This document shows, in pieces, positions 47,512-60,064 of a DNA stretch of 64,000 nucleotides. The stretch's first letter is position 1, and every line of letters starts with the position of its first letter. The position numbers and the translations under genes are program-made. The stretch lies in NCBI GenBank assembly GCA_014905635.1, contig JABVCE010000022.1, forward strand, positions 372,001 to 436,000, in the 5' to 3' direction. Below the pieces are notes generated by a model, which was not told the DNA's origin, ran no database searches, and worked only from the letters and a program-made list of their open reading frames with translations. The stretch is from Scenedesmus sp. PABB004. Lineage: Eukaryota.

Positions 47512-48223
47512 GCCGGACAGCTCCTCGCACGCCTGCGCGCGGGCGGGCGGCGCGCGGGATGATGGTGATACAGCGCAATCGCGGTGACACCGCGCCCCGG
47601 CCGCGCGGACGCCGCGGGAACGGCCTCCTGCAACCTCCCGAGCACAACGAACGGCGCGGCGCGGGCGCCGGGCGCCTGGGGCTCCGCGTGTGCCGCCAAG
47701 CTCCCCGCGCCCAGTCACCGCCATCGCGCCGCCCCGGGCCGTGCAGGCGGCGTCCAAGCGCACCTGGGGTTGCTTGCAGTCGAACGCGCAGCCCGGCGCC
47801 AGCAGCGGCGCCGGCAGCGGGGCGATGAGCGCCATCGTCGCAGCGGGCGGGCTGAGGCCTGCGCCTGAGGGGTCCGGGCGGGGCGGCGGGGCCGCGTGAG
47901 GGGAAGGGGCCCAAGATCAGCGCGCGGGGCGGGCCCGCAGGGGGCGCCCGGCCCGCACGGCGCGGCAGCGGGATGCCTGGCCAAGGGGGCAGCCCTGGCC
48001 CCGCGGCGCGCCGCGGCACGCCGCTGCCACGCGCTGCGCGTCTGGCAGGCTCCGGCGCACCTCAGCAAGGGCGCGTGCGCTGCGCAGAGTCGTGGGCGGG
48101 GGGCCCTGCTCTCGACGCCGAACGTGTGCGAGCTATTTGCTCGGGTAGGGGGCTGAAAGAATAGTGCGTGGGAACCTGGCCGTCGGCACTGGGGGGGGCG
48201 GGGCGTGGCGAGCGGTGGGTGCG

Positions 48224-50617
48224 GCGCGGCCGCGGGGCAGCCGCGGCGTCACATGTTTCGCCCCCGGCGCGCGCCCGGCGCGGCGCGGCAGGCGGCTGCA
48301 GGCGCGCAGGCGCGACGCCCCAGCGGAGACGCGGCGCGGGGCCGCCCGAACGGCCAGACGGTGCGGCCTCGTAGTCGGACGCGTGAGCAAGATGCCTGCC
48401 GTCCGCCGCCAGCGCGCGGTCGCTGCGATCGGCCGCGCCCGGGCCGACGCCCGGTCGGTGCGGTGCCGCGGCGGCGCGGCAGGCGCAGCACGGGCGGCCG
48501 GCTGGCCCCCGCGGGGGCCGGGCGCGGCGGCACGCCCGCGGGGCGCGGGCGCCGCGGCAGCCGGTGGCGGCGGCGGCGCCGCCGCCGCAACGCCAGCGCC
48601 GGGATCTCAGGGCGCGCGGTGGCCAAGCTGCTGCTGACGGTGGCCACGCACCGCTGCGGGTGCGCGGGCGCCGGTGCGCGCCGCCACGTGGCACGCACAC
48701 GTGGCACGATGCGTACGTGCCGCGGTGAGCTGCGGAGGCGTCCGGCTGCCGCGGCGCTGCGGCGGCGGCGACATCCCCGCCGCGGCGGCGGCGTCCCTGC
48801 CTCACCCCAAGAGGCGCGCCGCGCCGGGCGCAGCGGCGGCGGCAGCCGCCGCCGCCGCCGCCCGGGGCGGCGCGGTGGCGCAGCCGATGCCCGGCGCGGC
48901 ACGGCAACAGTGTGGAAAAGCTGCGGGGCATGCACCGGGCGGGCCGAGAGTCGAGCAGGGATGCTCCGGCGAACATTTATATAAAAAAAATGGGCGCCGC
49001 TCCCGGCGCGCGCCGCCGCCCCCGCCCCGCACGCCGCCCAGGTGCCTCCAGCGCGCGTCGCACCCCCGGTACGGATGCTCTGACATGCCATGAGCACGTG
49101 GGTCGTCACGAGCAGCCGCGCGGCGCTGCGGGGCGCGCGCGGGCGCCGGCGTGACGCGTGCTGCGGCGCGTGCTGCGGAGGCTGCCGGCTGAGCTGCGGA
49201 GGCTGCCGGCGGCCGCCGGCCGGCCGGGCAGGTCCGAGCGGCCTGCAGGGCAGAGCGGCTGCGGGCCGGCCCGCGCCCCCGCGGCGCGCAGCGAGCTCGC
49301 AGCTCGAGGCAGCTGGCATCGCAGCACGCGCAGCGCCGGCGTGGCGCCACTCCAAGCCGGGGCAGCTCCGGCGCGCGCAGCCAGCGCAGGGCCGCATGCG
49401 GCCCTGCGCCCTGCCTGCCTGCGCGCAGGCAGGCAGGGCGTACAGTCAGGCGGGCCCCGCAGGGCCCAGCTGGGCGGCGGCGGTGAGGCGGGCTGCCTCA
49501 GGCCTCAGGCAGCAGGGCACGCCCTGCCGCCTGACCTGCTGCCCTGCTCGTGCGCCTGGACCATGCTGCGCGCGCTCGCCGCCCGCCACCGTCCGCCGCC
49601 CGCTTGGAGCCCCAAACAGATTCCACGCGCGCAAGAACGCCGGCAGGCACGTGCGTGCGCTCCCCACTCTGGGCGGTGCAGTCAGCCCTGCAAGCGTGGG
49701 GGCGCGCGTGCTGGCGGCGGCGCGCGGCCGTGGGGCAGCCGCGACGTGTCGCCTGTGTCGCCCCGGCGCGCGCCCGGCGCGGCGCGGCAGGCGGCCGCAG
49801 GCGCGACGCCCCAGCGGAGACGCGGCGCGGGGCCCGCCCGAACGGCCAGACGGTGCGGCCTCGTAGTCGGACGCGTGAGCAAGATGCCTGCCGTCCGCCG
49901 CCAGCGCGCGGTCGCTGCGATCGGCCGCGCCCGGGCCGACGCCCGGTCGGTGCGGTGCCGCGGCGGCGCGGCAGGCGCAGCACGGGCGGCCGGCTGGCCC
50001 CCGCGGGGGCCGGGCGCGGCGGCACGCTCGCGGGGCGCGGGCGCCGCGGCAGCCGGTGGCGGCGGCGGCGCCGCCGCCGCAACGCCAGCGCCGGGATCTC
50101 AGGGCGCGCGGTGGCCAAGCTGCTGCTGACGGTGGCCACGCACCGCTGCGGGTGCGCGGGCGCCGGTGCGCGCCGCCACGTGGCACGCACACGTGGCACG
50201 ATGCGTACGTGCCGCGGTGAGCTGCGGAGGCGTCCGGCTGCCGCGGCGCTGCGGCGGCGGCGACATCCCCGCCGCGGCGGCGGCGTCCCTGCCTCACCCC
50301 AAGAGGCGCGCCGCGCCGGGCGCAGCGGCGGCGGCAGCCGCCGCCGCCGCCGCCCGGGGCGGCGCGGTGGCGCAGCCGATGCCCGGCGCGGCACGGCAAC
50401 AGTGTGGAAAAGCTGCGGGGCATGCACCGGGCGGGCCGAGAGTCGAGCAGGGATGCTCCGGCGAACATTTATATAAAAAAAATGGGCGCCGCTCCCGGCG
50501 CGCGCCGCCGCCCCCGCCCCGCACGCCGCCCAGGTGCCTCCAGCGCGCGTCGCACCCCCGGTACGGATGCTCTGACATGCCATGAGCACGTGGGTCGTCA
50601 CGAGCAGCCGCGCGGCG
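48224..50617. repeat. Direct repeat of ~900 bp (48224-49125 and 49722-50617), offset ~1492
   Basis: Near-identical over most of the length (e.g. gaacatttatataaaaaaaatggg at 48971 and 50463); duplicated ORF translations in the track; 5' ends more diverged. Confidence 0.97.
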
Positions 50618-51079
50618 GGCGGGGCGGGAAGGGGCGCGGGCGAGCTCAGCATCGTCTCCGCCTGAACGCGTCGCGCTTGAGGCGCCGTACGTCCGCAAAG
50701 GATTGCGACTCCTAGTTATGCATTTCGCACGCGTCCAGCGGACAGGCGCCGGCCTGCCGAGCAGGCGCGCGCCGGCCGCGACCTGCAGCGCAGCCCCTGC
50801 GCGCCGCCGCGGCGCCGCGGCGCGCTGGGTTGAGGTCGGGGCACCCTGGCAGGCTCAGGGAGCGTGGGCGCCGGGCGGCGGGTCGTGGTAAGCGGGTGAC
50901 GGGGCTCGCCAGAGCTCGGCAGGCGGGAGCCGGAGCCTCGCTCTTCATTGCGCCCCCGCTCCCTGGCCCGCCACAGACTCCGCCCGCACACCCCATCGCG
51001 ACTCTTAGACCAAGCTCACAGCCCATATCTTGACGCGCCAGCCCCAATTCCTAGCAAAACGCCCAACTAGGTTCCGCAC

Positions 51080-53514
51080 ATGATGGCCTCCGCGCTCTGC
51101 CTCCTCGTGCTCCTGGCTGCCGCGCAGACTGTGACCGGCCGCGTACACACATTCAAGCCCGTTGCGGGTGCGCGCCGCGCCGCGGCGGGCTCGGGCGCGC
51201 GCCGCGGGGGGCGGCCAATGCGGGCGGCGTTGCCGCGCCCTACCGGCGCGCGCCGCGGCGCCGCCGTGCGGCCCAGGCGCCGTGCACCATGCCGCCCTCT
51301 CACAATCTCGCGCCTCCCGCCGCCCGCGCCCGCAGGCGACTCCGCGCCGCGCTTCGCCGGCCGCGGCCTCCGCGCCGCCGCCCCGTCCGTCCCCGCGGGT
51401 GAGCGCCGCGGCCACGAGCTTGTCGCCGCTGACCGCGCGCCGGGGCGGCGCGGCGGGGCCGCGGCGCGGCGCGGCGCGGCAGCGCCCCGCGGCCTCGCAC
51501 CCATGTTCGCACCCCCGCTCACGTCCGCGCCGCGCCGCCGCCCGCGACCCCCCCGCAGGCCTGGGCGACGTGATTGAGGGCCAGTTCATCGTCACGCTCG
51601 CGCCGGACGCGGGCGAGCCCGCCGACGTCGCGGGGCAGCTGTCCGCGCACGTGGCCAAGGCGCTCAGCCAGCCCCTGCGCGGCGTGGCGGCGGCGGCTGC
51701 AGGCGCAGGCGCCGGCGCGTTCGAGCTGGTGTCCACCCTGGGCGGCGCCCCCGCCAGCGGCGCGCGCGGCGCGGCCGCCGCGGGCGCCGGCCGCGGCGTC
51801 GCGGCGGTGCGCGGCCTCGTCGTGCGCGCGCGGCCCGCCGCGGTCGCGGCGCTGCGCGGCAGCAGCCTCGTGTCGGCGGTCTTCCCCGACCGCGTGGTGG
51901 CGTCGCAGCAGATCGGCCGCGGCACCGCGGCGCTGGGCTGCGTGGACGCCGCAGCGCTCGCCGCCGGCGTGAGCGCGCCCGCCAGCCCCCGGCTCAAGTG
52001 GGCCGGCTGCTACGCGGCCGCGACCACCAAGCTGGTCTGGGTCGGCCGCCCCTGCGGCGACGGCAGCCAGGTCGAGTACACCGAGGTGCGCGCGCGCGGC
52101 GCGGCACCGGCAGCGCCAGCCCGCCCCGCGCCGCGCCGCGCTCTCGCCTCGCCCACCGCGCGGCGCTCACCCGCCCCCCGCGCCGCGCTGCCCGCCCCAG
52201 ATGCGCGCCGTGGACAGCACCAGCAACGCTGTGCTCTCGGCGGCCGGCCGTGCGTGCGTCGCGCTGCCGGAGCCCAAGCGCGCGGCCCTCACCAAGCAGC
52301 GCTTCGGCGCCTGCGGCGTCGCGCCCCTGCACGCGCCCTCCCTCCCCACGCGCGTCTGCACGGCCACCGGCGGCGGCAGCAGCAGCAGCAGCAGCAGCCG
52401 CGCCGACACCGCGCCCGTGGCCTCGCCCGCGCCCGTGGAGGTGCCGTCGTCGTCGCCCGTGGCGGTGCCGTCGCCGTCGCCGTCGCCCGTGGAGGCGGCC
52501 TCGCCCTCGCCCGCGCCCGCGTCGTCGCCCGCGCTCCCGCGCGTGCCCGTCACGGCCGGCGAGTCGGTCGCCGCCGGCGTGACGCGCATCGAGGCGGTCA
52601 CGCCCGCGGGCGCCGTCGACGGCGCGTCGTCCGGCCGCGTCGTGGTCGTCGGCATCGTCGACAGCGGCGTGGACGGCACGCACCCCGACCTCAACCTCGT
52701 CGGCGGGACCTCGTTCGTGCCGTCCGAGCCCGCCGCCGACGCCGACGGCTACGGCCACGGCACGCACGTCGCGGGCATCATCGGCGCGCGCAACAACGGC
52801 GCCGGCGTCGTCGGCGTGTCGCCCGGCGTGCCCCTGTACAGCCTGCGCGTGCTCGACGCCTCCGGCCGCGGCTCGCTCAGCGGCGTGCTCGCCGCCGTCG
52901 CGTGGGCGGCCGGCCCCGAGGGCGCGGCCGCGGGCATTCGCGTCATCAACCTCAGCCTCGCCGCGTACGTCGACCCCACCAGCGCCGACTACCCGGCCAC
53001 GCGCGACGCGGTGTGCGCGTCGTTCACCGCCGCCGCGGCCGCGGGCGTCGCGGTCACCGTCGCGGCGGGCAACTACGGCAGCGCGATCGACGGCTACCTG
53101 CCCGCCGCGTGCGCCGACGTCGCGGTCGTGACCGCGCTCAACGCCGACGGCAGCGCGCCCGCCGACTTCAGCAACTACATGTCGGCGGACGCGTCGCCGG
53201 CCGACCGCGCGCGCGTGCTCGCCGCGCCCGGCACCGACGTGCTCAGCACCGTGTCGTTCGCCCGCGACGCCTCCGGCTACAAGCGCCTCTCCGGCACGAG
53301 CATGGCCGCGCCGTTCGTCGCGGGCGTGGTGGCCAACTGCCACCTGTCGGGCGCGTGCGCGCCCGGCGCGCCCGCGGGCGCCGCGCTGGCCACGGTCGGC
53401 GCCGCCGCCGCGGAGCGCGTCGCGTCGGGCGCCTCGTACGGCTTTGCCGGCGACGCGCGCGCGTCGCAGTTTGGCAAGCTCTACGGCCTGCTGGCGTGGG
53501 CCGGGAAGTTCTAA
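51080..53514 (+). CDS. Secreted subtilisin-like serine protease (S8A) with I9-like propeptide
   Basis: Signal MMASALCLLVLLAAAQTVTG; DVIEGQFIVTL..VFPDRVV propeptide; IVDSGVD (Asp), GHGTHVAG (His), AAGN (oxyanion Asn), SGTSMAAPFVAG (Ser). Confidence 0.95.
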
Positions 53515-54862
53515 ACGGCCCCAACGGCCGGAACGACCCGCGTCCCTGCGCCTTTTGTGCAGGCACCAGCACCATTCTTCTTGTACGCTCCCCTCGCGCT
53601 GCGGCACCTGCTAAAACGTCGCTGCACGCGCACCCACCTTGCCTCCCTTTCTTCACATTCCTTTCTTTGCCTCCCCTTTCTTCTTCACACGATCGCTTTG
53701 CGTGATCTCTCGGGTCCCCCGACCCTCGGCCTTGGCTCAGCGGCTCAAGCTGCACGTGCGACGAACGCGCCCCCACGCGCCTAGCAGACTGATCCCTTTG
53801 GAGCCGCAGCCCTGCATGCACATGATTTGACACGGCCCGCCCGGGCCGCCCAGCGGCACGTTTTTTTGGCTGGCGCGACCGCTGCCCTCTAGGACACGAC
53901 GTCGGGTGCTCTCTCTCTCTTGAGCGCTCCCTAGAAGGAACACGCTAGAAGGAACACGCGAGTGTGCGCACTCGGAGCCGGCAGCACACCGGCGCGGGCC
54001 CCCCTATGCACGTGTGAGGCCCACACTCAAAAGCAGGTCTGGGCCGGCTGATGTGCATGCGACGGCGCCACCACTACGGCGCTGCTGCCGACCCCCACCC
54101 CCACGCGACCATACCAGTCGCCACACTCCCTACCTACACCCTACGCCCCACGTACGTACGGGGCTCGTTACGCTCATCGTTCATCGCCCAGTCGATGCCG
54201 CGCGGCAGGAGGTGGGCATGTCTTGCATGTCTTTGGGGCCGCTGAGGAGCGGCCTCCGCACTTGTGCTCCCTTCCTTGCGCCTTCCTTTGGACGCACTGT
54301 GCTCGCGCGAACGAATTTGATGCCTTTGAGGAGATCCATACATGCCTTCATCCGCCTTGAGCAGACCGTGTGTGCAAGGCGTGTCGCGTGCTCGAGCTCG
54401 AGGGCAAGTGCCCCTGTTGAGAGTGGCGCGCGCTCGGGACCGCAAGCACGGGACCGCGAGCGCGCACCGGCAGCGGCCCCGGCGGTGCCGGTGTGCTGTG
54501 TGCCTGGTTCTGTGTGATCGATCGGTCTGTGGCGCACGGCTGATCGTGAGAGAGTGTGCCCGGTCTTACCGGCGCCTGCCCGCCTGCTGGGGCACACATG
54601 GTGTTCGACAAATGGTTGACGGTAACCGAAGCCGTCCCAACCAAGTCGGCCCCCGTCGCTCAGCAAGCCACGCAGCGGCAGCGGCAGCCCCCGCCCCGAC
54701 CGACCGACTCCCAGCAGCAGCAGCAGCAGCAGCTTGCCAGCTGCGCGTTCTGCGTCCGCAGCTGCCGTTCTGCGACAGACTCGCGGCGCCCCAGCCCAGC
54801 CGCGCCCCCACGCGCACGCAGCACGCAGGCGGGCCCGCTGCGTGCTGCGGATCTGCGCTCGC

Positions 54863-57154
54863 TCACGAGTGCTGGCGGTGCCGCCGACCGACCCTCACCA
54901 CATCCCCGCTGCGCTCACCGCAGCCCGGCAGGAAAGCAGCTCGCACGCGCGACTCGAGCACCGCCCCCGCCGCCACCGGCACCAGCCACGCGAGCAGCAG
55001 CTGCGCCGCCACGGCGCTCGGCGGCGCCGGCCCCGCCGCCAGCCGCGCCGCGGCCAGCACGGCGCCGGCTGCGGCCGCCTGCACCAGCGCGTGCAGCGGC
55101 AGCGGCAGGTGGCCCACCAGGCCCTGCATCACCAGCAGCCCGCAGCCGGCGACCTCCACGGCCGACCAGCACAGCGCGCCGTGGCAGGTGGGCCGCCTGG
55201 CCGCGCTGCGCGGCAGCCGCGCGGCGTCCGCCAGCAGCAGCGCCGGCCGCAGCAGCCGCACGCCCGCGACGCACGGCCCCCGCCAGGCCAGGTAGCGCCG
55301 CGCCGGCCACGCCGCCACGTGCTGCGCGCCCGCCACCGCCACGAGCGCCGCCAGCACCAGCGCCGCGCCGTCGGTCACGGGGCGGCCGGTGAGGCCGCCG
55401 CGCAGCCGGCCGCCGAGCGCGGACGCGAGCGAGAGGAGCAAGAGCGCGGCGTCCAGGCGGCGCAGCCACTGCCCGCAGGCCGACCGGAGGAACGCCGCCT
55501 CCAGCGCGGGCTGGCTGAACGCCAGGCTGCAGCGCAGGCGTGGCGCGCGGGGCGGGCGGCGGCTGGGCTGCGGCTGCGGCGGCTGCGGCCGCGGCTGCGG
55601 CTGCTGCGGCGGCTGCTGCTGCTGCTGCTGCTGCGGCTGCTGCGGCTGCTGCGGCGGCTGCGGCGGCTGCGGCTGCTGCTGCCGTTGCTGCCGTTGCTGC
55701 CACCGCTGGCGCGCCCGCGTCGCCATGGTGACTGATGCAGGCGCGTGCTGCCCGTTCGCAACGCTCGGCCCTGCCAGGTGCTCTGGCTGCGGCCCAGCCG
55801 CGGCGCTGCTGCCAGCGCCGCCCGCCGCGCCGGGGCCGCCAGCTGATCTCGCTGCGCCGCCCAGTCCCTCGTCGTTGCCGCCTGCCAGCAGCGGCTGCGG
55901 CGCCGCTGCCGCCGCCTCGCGCAGCTGCAGGGCCACGCGCAGGGGCAGCGCCCGTGTCACCAGGCCCTCCAGCACCTGCGGCGTCAGCGGCGTGGCGGCG
56001 CCGCGCGGTGGGCGGCGCGGCGGCCGGATGCCGGCGGGCGCCGCCGGCCGGCGGGCGCGTTTGCGCACCAGCAGCTCCTGGTGAGAGCGCACGAGCGTGA
56101 CGTAGGGCGCACACATCGCGGCGACCACGCGCAGCAGCTCCTCGCGCCTGCGCCCGGCGCCGCCGTGCGCGCGCGCGTGCGCGGTGTGGCCACAGCCGCG
56201 CGCGCGCACCGGCGGCGCGCACAGCCCCTGCCGCCGCGGCCGCGGCTGCCGCGCAGCGGCTGCTCACCCTTCAAACGCGCCGCGCCGCGCCGAGGCCAGG
56301 CAGAGCGCGCCGAGCGCGGTGTGCGCGAGCACGAGCGGCGCTGCGTAGAAGCACTCGGCGCCGTGCTCCGCCGCCAGCCACTGCAGGTCGTCGAGGTCGA
56401 GGCCGCTGCTGCGCGCGGGGGCACGCGGGCGCGCGTGGGCGGAGGCGGCGGCGCCCACGGGGCCGCCGGCCGTCGCCGCCGCCGCCCGGCGCCCGGCGCC
56501 GCCGCGCCAGCGGCCGCGGCCGCTGCGGCCGCCGCTGCATCAGGTGCGCGGCGGGGCCCGCACACACCCCGCCCGCAGGTCGCGCGCATGCACCGCGGCC
56601 TTGGTGTCGACGGCCACACCGGCGGCGGCGGCGCCCGCCGGCAGCGGCCCCGGGCGCGGCGCGCCGCGGCGCGCCGCGTGCAGCACCGTGTAGCACACGG
56701 CCTGCCGGTCGCGCGTGGGCACCGCCAGCCTGCGGCGCCGCAGCGGTTGAGAGCCCCCACCTGCGCGCCGGCGCCGCGCCCGCCGCGCCGCGCCGCGCCG
56801 GCGCCACGCCCTCCGCGCCCGTCGCGCCGCTCACCCCACGAAGACGGTGCCCGGGACGCGCGCGGCGCACGCGCGCGCGGCCTCGGCCAGCGCCGCCGCG
56901 GGCGCCGGCGCGGCGCACATCGCCGCGGCGAGCTCGCTCACCTGCGGCGCGGCAAGGGGGAGGGGCGGCGGCTCGCGCGGGCGCGCGCCCGGGGCGCGCC
57001 CGGCGCCGCCTGTTGCCGGTACGCGCCCCCACTGCGCGCCACCGCACCAGGCGCGCGGCGTCGGCCGGCATGGCCCGCGCGCGGCGCGCTGCCGCTGCTG
57101 CCGGCGCGCCGGGCTCAGCAGCTGCCCCCCGCCGCGCCGGCGCGCGGCGGGCAT
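54863..57154 (-). CDS. GAF-like domain plus multi-pass membrane protein, multi-exon (start uncertain)
   Basis: Spliced: [113 protein letters not shown] followed by ~5-6 hydrophobic segments. Confidence 0.68.
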
Positions 57155-57512
57155 GGAGGGCGACGCACGGCGGCGGCGGCGGCGGCGGGACGAGCCGGCG
57201 GCGGTGCGCGGCGCGGGCGCGCGCGGGCGAGCAGCGGCGGCAGCGGCGCGGGCGGCGGGCGCGGCGGCGGCGGGCGCGGTGGTGCTGCGTCGGCGAGCTC
57301 GTTCGGCGTCCCGGCTGCGCGTGCGCACGTTCCCAGCTCCGTCACGCCCGCGTCCCGCCAGCTGGCGCCTTCCGAGTTGCCTCCCTTCCGGCCCGCCCAC
57401 CGCGCCGCGCCGCGCTGGCCGCCCGCAGAGGTCATGGGAGCAGCCCCCGCCTCGAGACGCACGCGAACTGCCCCAGCGCAGCAGCCCACGCCGGCGCGCC
57501 GCCCGTTCGAGG

Positions 57513-60064
57513 ATGGCCAGCCCCCTCGCGATCGCGTCCAGCCTCCCGCTGCCGCCCGCGGTGGCGGACAGCCACAACGCGCACGTCAGCGCCGCCAACG
57601 GCGGCAAGGGCAAGCTCAGCGCCGACCAGGCGATGCAGCTCAACGCGGCCACGGCCATCGCGCCCTACTGCGCGCTCGGCGTGGCGGGGCCGGTCATCAC
57701 GCACCACCGCGCCAGCGCCCTGGACGTGCTGGAGCCCTGCCCGAGCATGAGTGAGGAGGTGCGCGGCGGCGGGCGGGCATGGCGCATGCGACCCGCCCCC
57801 CCGCGCCGCTCGGCGCCGCGCCGGCCGGGCGCGGGCTCCCGGGGGCCTCTCCTGACCCCTCTCTCGCCCACGCAGGAGCGCATGGCCGCGGTGCACGAGA
57901 CGCTGGCCAAGTACACCAAGAAGCTGGCGGAGCGCACCAACCACCACATGGGGTGCGCCCCGCCGCGCCGCACCGGCCTCCAACCCCCCACCCCCGCGCC
58001 GCACCCAGCGCCGGCGCGCGCCGCCGCCGCGCCGGCGGCGCCGCGCCGGCGCCGCGTTGACTCACCCGGCCCCGCCGCCGCCGCCGCCGCGCGCCGCCGC
58101 AGCTACCCCTACAACCTCGACTTTGACTTTGGCGCCCTCGAGGGGCTCAACAAGTTCTCCATCAACAACCTGGGCGACCCGTTCATCGAGAGCAACTACG
58201 GCGTGCACTCGCGCGAGTTCGAGGCGCGTTGCGGCGTGTACCTCGGCGGCGCGGCGCGCCGCGCCAGGGCGGCCGCGCGGCAGCGTCCAGCAGCGCCCCC
58301 ACGCCCGCCCGCCCGCCCGCCCGCCCGCCCGCCCGCCCGCCCGCCCGCCCGCCCGCCCGCCCGCCCGCCGCCGCGGCCCCCAGGTCGGCGTGCTCAACTG
58401 GTTTGCGCGGCTGTGGGAGATTGACGAGCAGGAGTACTGGGGCTACATCACCAACTGCGGCACCGAGGGCAACCTGCACGGCATCCTCGTGGGCCGCGAG
58501 AACCACCCCGACGGCGTGCTCTACGCGAGCCGGGAGACGCACTACAGCGTGTTCAAGGCCGCGCGCATGTACCGCATGGACGCGGAGAAGGTGCGCGGGC
58601 GGCAGGGCGGCGGGGAGGGGGGTCGCGGCGCGGCGCGGGGGACGGCGGTGCGGCGCGGGGGACGGCGGTGGGCGCGCGGGCGCGCGGGAGGGAGGGAGGG
58701 AGGCGGGGGTGTGGGGGAGGGAGAGAGAGGCAGGGAGCGAGCGAGTCAGGCAGGGGCGTGCTGCTCCCCCAGCAGCCGCCGGCCTGACCCCCCCGCCCCC
58801 GCGCCCGCTCCCCCCCCCCCTGCAGCTGGACACGCTTGAGAGCGGGGAGGTCGACTACGCCCACCTCGCGGCGCGGCTGGCGGCCAACAAGGGCCGCGCC
58901 GCGATCGTCAACGTCAACATCGGCACCACCGTCAAGGGCGCGGTCGACGACCTCGACCGCGTGCTCGACGTCCTCGCCGCCGCGGGGTGCGCGCGCCGCT
59001 GCGCGCGGCCGTGTGTGGGTGTGGCTGCGCGTGTGTCTGCGCGTGTGACCCTGCGTGTGTGACTGTGTGCATGTGTGACTGCGCGTGTGACCCTGCGTGT
59101 GACTGTGTGCTTGTGTGACCGTGTGTGTGCCTGCGTGCGTGTGCGCGGTGCTGCTCCCCCTCGCGCGCCCGCCCACGCCCCTCCCCGTGCCCCGTGCCCC
59201 CCCGCGCCCCGTGCCCCGCGCGCGCCGCCCCGCAGGTACAGCGAGGACCAGTTTTACATCCACTGCGACGGCGCGCTCTTTGGCATGATGCTGCCCTTCA
59301 TCCGCGAGGCGCCCATGGTCACCTTCCGCAAGCCCATCGGCAGGCGCGCCACGGCCGCCGCGCCGCGCCGCGCCGCGCCGCGCGCTGCGTGCGCTGCGCG
59401 CCGCCCGCGCCCGCGCGCCGCCCTCGCCCGCGCGCCACCCTCGCCCGCGCGCCACCCTCGCCCGCGCGCGCCGCCTCGCCCTCACCCGCCCCCGCTGCGG
59501 CCCCGCGCCGCGCCCCCCGCGCCGCCGCGCAGCGTGAGCGTGAGCGGGCACAAGTTTGTGGGCGCGCCGGTGCCGTGCGGCGTGGTCATCACGCGCACGC
59601 GGTACGTGATGGCGCTGAGCAGCGACGTCGAGTACCTCAACTCGCGCGACGCGACGATCATGGGCAGCCGCAACGGCCACGCGCCCATCTACCTCTGGTA
59701 CACCCTCACCGTCAAGGGCTACGAGGGCATCCGGGCCGACGTGGAGCGCTGCATGCGCAACGCGCACATCCTCAAGCGCATGCTCGAGGCCGCCGGCGTG
59801 CGCACGATGCTGAACGACCTCTCCAACACGGTCGTGTTTGAGCGCCCCGGCGAGGAGGCGTTTGTGCGCAAGTGGCAGCTCGCGTGCGAGGGCGACATCG
59901 CGCACGTGGTCGTCATGCCAAACATTACCCTCGACAAGCTCGACGAGTTTGTGGCAGACCTGGTCAACTCGCGCGCGCGGCTCGCGATCAGCAGCGCCAA
60001 GCGCATCGCCTGCGACGCGCGCGCCGCCGAGGCGAGCGAGGCCAGCGACGGCGAGTGCTGCTGA
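57513..60064 (+). CDS. SDC1: Serine decarboxylase (group II PLP decarboxylase, makes ethanolamine)
   Basis: [78 protein letters not shown] (PLP Lys), [14 protein letters not shown]. Confidence 0.95.
58303..58367. repeat. (GCCC)n tetranucleotide microsatellite, intronic
   Basis: Tandem run in an SDC intron. Confidence 0.9.

Noticed and set aside
48062..50468. Duplicated ORFs MFAGASLLDSRP.. in the direct repeat, or an LTR retroelement
   Set aside because: Low-complexity translation; no gag/pol, TG..CA ends, PBS or PPT seen.
57513..60064. Histidine decarboxylase of bacterial origin
   Set aside because: Motifs match plant/algal serine decarboxylase and the gene has spliceosomal introns.
13189..60064. 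Metabolic cluster (permease, MaoC, GST, SDC, proteases)
   Set aside because: Scattered among housekeeping genes with no shared pathway logic.
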